The position numbers and the translations under genes were made by a program. Source: a virus (Duplodnaviria > Caudoviricetes). Taken from it: a DNA stretch of 38,642 bases. The notes under the pieces are model-generated. The model was not told where the DNA came from and searched no databases. It saw only the letters and a program-made list of their open reading frames with translations. Below, piece after piece: positions 34,236 through 38,642 of the stretch; positions within the stretch are counted from its first letter, which is position 1, and each line of letters starts with the position of its first letter. The DNA lies in the IMG/VR virus record IMGVR_UViG_3300025087_001385, positions 1 through 38,642 of that record. One strand, given 5' to 3'.

Positions 34236-34289
34236 TGATATAATCTCGTTAGTTACCGAATTGAGAGACGGCCATGAGCCGTCATTTTT
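34236..34289 (+). promoter_or_regulatory. TATAAT-ATTGAGA-hairpin-U-tract element, copy 4 (before ejection proteins)
   Basis: TGATATAAT 34236-34244; ATTGAGA 34260-34266; stem GACGGC/GCCGTC; ATTTTT; ATG 34290. Confidence 0.8.
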
Positions 34290-35201
34290 ATGGCTTTAGA
34301 CGAAGGGTTGTTACGATCTAAATTTGGATTTAATGATCCCAATGTAATCAGGGGAATATTGAATGATCCTGGACAGGTGGCTCGCTATGAGAGGGAAGCT
34401 GGACTGTCCTCTGGGGGTGGAGGCGGAGATGGTGGTGGAGGAAACGTCTTAGAAACTGCCAAACAACTTTTAGGTTTTCAACAGCAAGCCAATCAACCTG
34501 CCATTCAGTCGCTTCAGACTCAGGTCGGGGAAGTCGGTCAGTCTTTTGCCGGACAGAGACAACGATTAGAGTCTGGTATACAACCCCTTAAAGACAGATA
34601 TAACCAGATTTTAGATGAGATGAAGGGTCGGGTAAGCACAGATGTTTCAAGGGAATATGGACGCAGGGGAATTCCCCCATCTTCGGGAATGTTTGAACAA
34701 GACTTAACCAGTAAGATAAATCCACTAACAAGGGACATTGGCCTAGCCAGAGAGGAAGGGGTTAGGGGAATAGAGGGATTAATCGCAAGTTTAACAGGAC
34801 AAGAGACAGAATCTAAAAGAAATATACTTAATGCCATTGCCCAACTTCAGGCCGGAGAACCCGGTGGGGCCATAACCCAGGCTCTTTCACTAATTGGACA
34901 ACAACAACAGTCTCAACAGCAAGCGGCCGAAAGAGCCTTCCAAGAGAGACAATTCCAACAAATATCCCTACCCGAATCCCAAGCCGGTATTAAAAATATC
35001 GCTTCCCTGATTGGTGAAAGGGCTAGAACTGGAGCTGGTGCTGGAGATATCACTTCCGGTTTGGAGAGTCTATATCAACAATTTAGTGGGGGGCAAACAG
35101 CACAATCCACCTCCGGACTTAACCAGCTTAAAATAGACAGGACTCGCGGTATTAATTTGTCTGATTTATTGTCTTCTGGTGGATTAACTTTTGGGAGATA
35201 A
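34290..35201 (+). CDS. internal virion (DNA ejection) protein, probable
   Basis: Q/G-rich and helical, RRGIPPSSG motif, located after the tail genes. Confidence 0.6.
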   Translation: MALDEGLLRSKFGFNDPNVIRGILNDPGQVARYEREAGLSSGGGGGDGGGGNVLETAKQLLGFQQQANQPAIQSLQTQVGEVGQSFAGQRQRLESGIQPLKDRYNQILDEMKGRVSTDVSREYGRRGIPPSSGMFEQDLTSKINPLTRDIGLAREEGVRGIEGLIASLTGQETESKRNILNAIAQLQAGEPGGAITQALSLIGQQQQSQQQAAERAFQERQFQQISLPESQAGIKNIASLIGERARTGAGAGDITSGLESLYQQFSGGQTAQSTSGLNQLKIDRTRGINLSDLLSSGGLTFGR

Positions 35202-35202
35202 A

Positions 35203-36522
35203 ATGGCACTTGATTTTGCGGGGTTTCAGTCAGCGGCACTGAAACAATATCCCAACAACGCTAAACAAATTAATGAATTCGTTGCCAGAAAACAGCGTGA
35301 AGAGTTAGCTCGACAGGGAGCTTTGGATGTTGGAGACATAGCTAAGACCGACCCGGGGTCAGCGTTAAGACTTATTCAGGAGGGGATAAAACCCAAGGTC
35401 GAAGAGAGCGCGGAAGAAAGAAAACAAAAACAAAAGCTCTCCGACCTAAGTAGCTCCCTAGATGTCTTAGAGCAGAATTTTAAACAAGTTGAGGCCCAAG
35501 GACCAATTTTAGGTAGAGGAGCGGGATTGATCTCTAAATTGACCAGCGGTGCCGCTTTTGGACAGATTGCTGATTACGATTCTCTTAGAAAGGGAATGAT
35601 TGGCCCCGTTGCAAGAGCCATCTCGGGAGAAGTTGGAGTTCTTACCGATCGAGATATTGCCAGGGCTGAAAATCTACTTCCCAAAGTTTCAGATGATCCC
35701 AAACTTGCTCAAAGGAAACTTAATAATCTTAGAGATCTAATATCAAGAAAAGGCGGTACTGGGCCCATTGAGGGAATCGAAGGGGTATCTACCAAAAAAA
35801 GTGGGGCCGGACCCCTAATTGGTGGTCTCCTTGGTGGTGGTATTGGTGGTTTTCTTGGTCCTGGGGGAGCGATTGCCGGAGCTGGTGTCGGTACCGGAGC
35901 TGGGATGGCAGTAGAGGAATCCTTACAAGACCTGCTTGGAACACAGGAAGAATCTAAAAAACAATTAACAAAAAGAGTAGTAACAGAGCCCCTTATCGCT
36001 TCACTGCTTACCGCTGGGGGTATCGGAATAGGAAAACTGGCCGGAGTTGCTCGTCACCCCTTCCGTTATGTGGGTGAGAAAAGAGCCGCCGCTGTGGCTG
36101 ACGCCGCTGGAAAAACCGTGTCGGGAGATAAAATAGTTTCCGCGCTTGAAAAAGGACTTGGAGATGTTTCTCCCACAGCAGAACAGGGATATAAAAAATT
36201 TCTTGAAATCGCCAAGGGTAAATACACGGGAAAACAATTAACCCTGGATCAAACTCTTAGATTAAACAGCGCTGCCAACGATGCTTATACTGCGGCGGGT
36301 AAGGTGGGAAAAGCATCCACTGCCAAGTTTAACAAGATTCTTGGTGATGTACTAAAAAGAGAATTAAAGATAACAGCGCCAAAAGTAGCAGAAGCGAATA
36401 AACTTTTTGAATTCCTCTACAAGACTCAGGGGATCACCAAGAAAGTTGGCCCCCCAGCATTGGTTAGTGGAGCTGCCGGAGCGGTGGGATACAACTTAAT
36501 CAGGAAACTCCAGGGGCTGTAA
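35203..36522 (+). CDS. internal virion (DNA ejection) protein with glycine zipper
   Basis: GVLTDRDIARA..LLP motif; GGLLGGGIGGFLGPGGAIAGAGVG glycine zipper. Confidence 0.65.
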   Translation: MALDFAGFQSAALKQYPNNAKQINEFVARKQREELARQGALDVGDIAKTDPGSALRLIQEGIKPKVEESAEERKQKQKLSDLSSSLDVLEQNFKQVEAQGPILGRGAGLISKLTSGAAFGQIADYDSLRKGMIGPVARAISGEVGVLTDRDIARAENLLPKVSDDPKLAQRKLNNLRDLISRKGGTGPIEGIEGVSTKKSGAGPLIGGLLGGGIGGFLGPGGAIAGAGVGTGAGMAVEESLQDLLGTQEESKKQLTKRVVTEPLIASLLTAGGIGIGKLAGVARHPFRYVGEKRAAAVADAAGKTVSGDKIVSALEKGLGDVSPTAEQGYKKFLEIAKGKYTGKQLTLDQTLRLNSAANDAYTAAGKVGKASTAKFNKILGDVLKRELKITAPKVAEANKLFEFLYKTQGITKKVGPPALVSGAAGAVGYNLIRKLQGL

Positions 36523-36727
36523 CTGGCCAGTGCTTTAAAAACCAGGTTTCTGCCGTTTCTCCAATATTTCCGAATATAATAAACAGAATTGCAAACTTCG
36601 TAAACATAATCACTAAAGAAAAACCAAAAAGAACAAAAAATCCGCTCCAGGTACGGTCGAATAATAATCCTGTCACAAACAAAAAGTAGAAGGAAACGGA
36701 TACTATATCCAAAAGTCTTCGAGTCAT
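36500..36727 (-). CDS. small membrane protein in antisense orientation
   Basis: Two long hydrophobic segments; ATG 36727 lies 6 nt after a minus-strand TATAAT. Confidence 0.65.
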   Translation of the reverse strand: MTRRLLDIVSVSFYFLFVTGLLFDRTWSGFFVLFGFSLVIMFTKFAILFIIFGNIGETAETWFLKHWPVTAPGVS

Positions 36728-36733
36728 CAAGCC

Positions 36734-36802
36734 ATTATATCATTTAATGATATAATCTTGCCAAGTCGAATTGAGAAGCGCCCAAGGGCGCACTTTTGTT
36801 TT
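36734..36802. promoter_or_regulatory. palindromic divergent promoter plus ATTGAGA element, copy 5
   Basis: ATTATATCATT-T-AATGATATAAT gives TGATATAAT on both strands; ATTGAGA 36770-36776; stem GCGCC/GGCGC; TTTTGTTTT; ATG 36803. Confidence 0.8.
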
Positions 36803-37465
36803 ATGGGAATATTAAATGAAATTGTTGAGAGAATAATTGGTCGGGCGGAAAAGCTCAACAAGTACAAAGACGTACCAACCCCCCTAGAGTATGCCCGCCG
36901 ATTTATTGAAAGAAAATTTCCTGGGTCCAGTCCTACTCCAACGCCATCGGCCACCCCAACCCCCACCGTGATGCCCACGCCTACCCCCATGGGGCAAATC
37001 CCCGGATTTAAAACCTGGAATCCCCCACCACAACTATCGGGACTAACCATCCGATCAGCTCAAGAACAGGGCCTCAACCCCGCAGTGCTTGCGGCGCTAA
37101 TTCAAACCGAAAGTGGATTTAACTCCAGGGCATATAATCGTAGCGTCAGCGAATCGGGGATACCATCGGAGGATGTTGGAATTGCCCAATTTAATTCTCG
37201 GGCATACCCCAACATAACCAAGGAGCAGGCGTATGATCCAAATTTTGCCATCCCTTATGCCGCAAGCATTGTTGCCAAAAACCTGAAACAGCGTCAAGAT
37301 CTGGCTCAGGCGATTGCCTCATATAATGTTGGTGGCCGAGTCGGGCCTGGTGTTGGGAGGGACGAACGGGGTTTGGGTCCAAAGGGAAGGGCCTACTTAA
37401 ACAAAATAGTTAAAAACATAGACCCAAATGTTTTAGAACAACTTGGGTTGTTACCCCAATATTAA
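36803..37465 (+). CDS. SLT-family lytic transglycosylase with Pro/Thr linker
   Basis: LAALIQTESGFN, GIAQFN, DP..AI and AIASYN motifs; PTPTPSATPTPT linker. Start moved to ATG 36803. Confidence 0.88.
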   Translation: MGILNEIVERIIGRAEKLNKYKDVPTPLEYARRFIERKFPGSSPTPTPSATPTPTVMPTPTPMGQIPGFKTWNPPPQLSGLTIRSAQEQGLNPAVLAALIQTESGFNSRAYNRSVSESGIPSEDVGIAQFNSRAYPNITKEQAYDPNFAIPYAASIVAKNLKQRQDLAQAIASYNVGGRVGPGVGRDERGLGPKGRAYLNKIVKNIDPNVLEQLGLLPQY

Positions 37466-37466
37466 T

Positions 37467-37679
37467 ATGCCCAAAACCGGAGTTTCGCTTCAAGACGTCC
37501 TTGCTGTAACGACAAGAATAGAGGACAAAATAGACAGGTTGCATGACGAACTCGAACCCAGGGTGGGTTCTCTTGAAAGGTGGCGTGCGGAAATAACGGG
37601 AAAAATGGCTATACTAGCGGCCGTTGTTAGCGTTGCTTTTACGTCTGGATGGGAGTATATAAGAAAAAGAATAACATGA
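37467..37679 (+). CDS. small coiled-coil protein with C-terminal membrane helix (holin or hemolysin-XhlA-like)
   Basis: RIEDKIDRL...RVGSLE followed by a hydrophobic helix; directly before the endolysin. Confidence 0.6.
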   Translation: MPKTGVSLQDVLAVTTRIEDKIDRLHDELEPRVGSLERWRAEITGKMAILAAVVSVAFTSGWEYIRKRIT

Positions 37680-38431
37680 CTCTTTCCGACTTCTTTGGGA
37701 AGTACGAAGGTCGCGGTATCGACTACGACGGAGCATACTCGTTTCAGTGTGTGGACTTGTATAGACAGTTTGTCAAAGAAATTCTAAATGCTAAACAATC
37801 TCCACCTGTTAAGGGCGCAAAAGATATTTGGACAACCTACTCCACAGACGTTTTTACCAAGATATCCAACAATCCAGATAACGCCCCTAAGGCTGGAGAT
37901 GTAGTGATTTGGGGAGAGGGAATTGGGCCATACGGACACATTGCGATTTGTTCGGAGCAGGGGGATAAATACAGTTTTACCTCATTCGATCAAAACTATC
38001 CACTGGGTTCGGTTTGTCATTTCCAAAAGCACACCTACTTTTCAGTTCTGGGGTGGTTGCGTCCCAAAAGCCTCTTACAACCAGCAGAATCCCCCACAAC
38101 GGCCGTAAATCCTGATCAGATAAAGATAGACCTTGGAGAACCTTTTGGCGTTCAAGAAGTTCAGGCGATCTCCAGCATGCTCCGAGACAATAAGAAGGCC
38201 TTAGATGACTTGATTATCGAAATGGGTGGTCTAACAACTCAAATTCAGGAAATGGTTAAGTTTAGACAATCTTTGGCCGAGAGGCTGGGGTGTGCCGACG
38301 ATCAAGCGGTAATAGTGGCGGAAATTAAAAAACTAATTGACAAAGAAGACCAACAAAACGAAGCAGCCTCGGGGCTGGGATCATTAATTGAGAGATTAAT
38401 CAATTTATTTAAGAAGCGGGGTGATAAATAG
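37676..38431 (+). CDS. CHAP-domain endolysin
   Basis: DYDGAYSFQCVDL, PKAGDVVIW, YGHIAI, FDQNY and LGWLRP motifs. Confidence 0.92.
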   Translation: MTLSDFFGKYEGRGIDYDGAYSFQCVDLYRQFVKEILNAKQSPPVKGAKDIWTTYSTDVFTKISNNPDNAPKAGDVVIWGEGIGPYGHIAICSEQGDKYSFTSFDQNYPLGSVCHFQKHTYFSVLGWLRPKSLLQPAESPTTAVNPDQIKIDLGEPFGVQEVQAISSMLRDNKKALDDLIIEMGGLTTQIQEMVKFRQSLAERLGCADDQAVIVAEIKKLIDKEDQQNEAASGLGSLIERLINLFKKRGDK

Positions 38432-38642
38432 TGCCGATTGTTAAAAAACCAGTATTTCCAGAGTGGGCTAAGATTTTGTATCGTGGAATTAGAGCCGCCA
38501 TTGGAGCAGGTATGGCTCAAATTATTTTAATTCCCGACTGGCAACAGGCCCCGGAGAGAACCCTCCTGGTGGCGTTTGTGGCGGGTTTTCTACCTTCCTT
38601 GGGAATGTTTTTAAGAGATAAGGTTGATAAATGGTTTGATTG
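38431..38642 (+). CDS. holin-like membrane protein, truncated by the window edge
   Basis: GTG with GGGGTGA SD; MPIVKKPVFPEWAKILYRGIRAAIGAGMAQIIL...LLVAFVAGFLPSLGMFLR has two hydrophobic segments. Confidence 0.65.
   Translation, partial: MPIVKKPVFPEWAKILYRGIRAAIGAGMAQIILIPDWQQAPERTLLVAFVAGFLPSLGMFLRDKVDKWFD

Noticed and set aside
1-38642. Alternative genetic code or stop-codon reassignment
   Set aside because: Standard-code ORFs tile the window densely, and TAA, TAG and TGA all end genes at sensible positions.

Overview
The window is most of a roughly 40-kb tailed-phage genome, podovirus-like because no tape measure or sheath gene is seen. No integrase, tRNA or CRISPR array is visible. Left to right it holds: (1) a short leftward arm (HNH endonuclease, HTH protein); (2) a divergent promoter, a split primase (stand-alone CHC2 Zn finger, then TOPRIM fused to an AAA helicase) and an iteron/DnaA-box origin; (3) a sugar-biosynthesis operon (gmhA, hddA, hddC-like, NAD epimerase, split transketolase, acyltransferase); (4) terminase, portal, Gly/Thr-rich virion proteins, an inverted glycosyltransferase/methyltransferase island, scaffold and major capsid; (5) two FkbM methyltransferases, groES, groEL and two more glycosyltransferases; (6) tail, ejection and lysis genes. 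Three signals stand out. First, five late modules are each preceded by the same cis element: TATAAT, 12-15 nt, ATTGAGA, a hairpin of variable sequence, then a U-tract. Second, the phage carries a large glycan-building gene set interleaved with virion genes. Third, Gly-Thr dipeptides are strongly enriched only in the predicted surface virion proteins, a candidate O-glycosylation signal. All functional calls come from motif recognition and gene order; no searches were run, and counts were made by hand.
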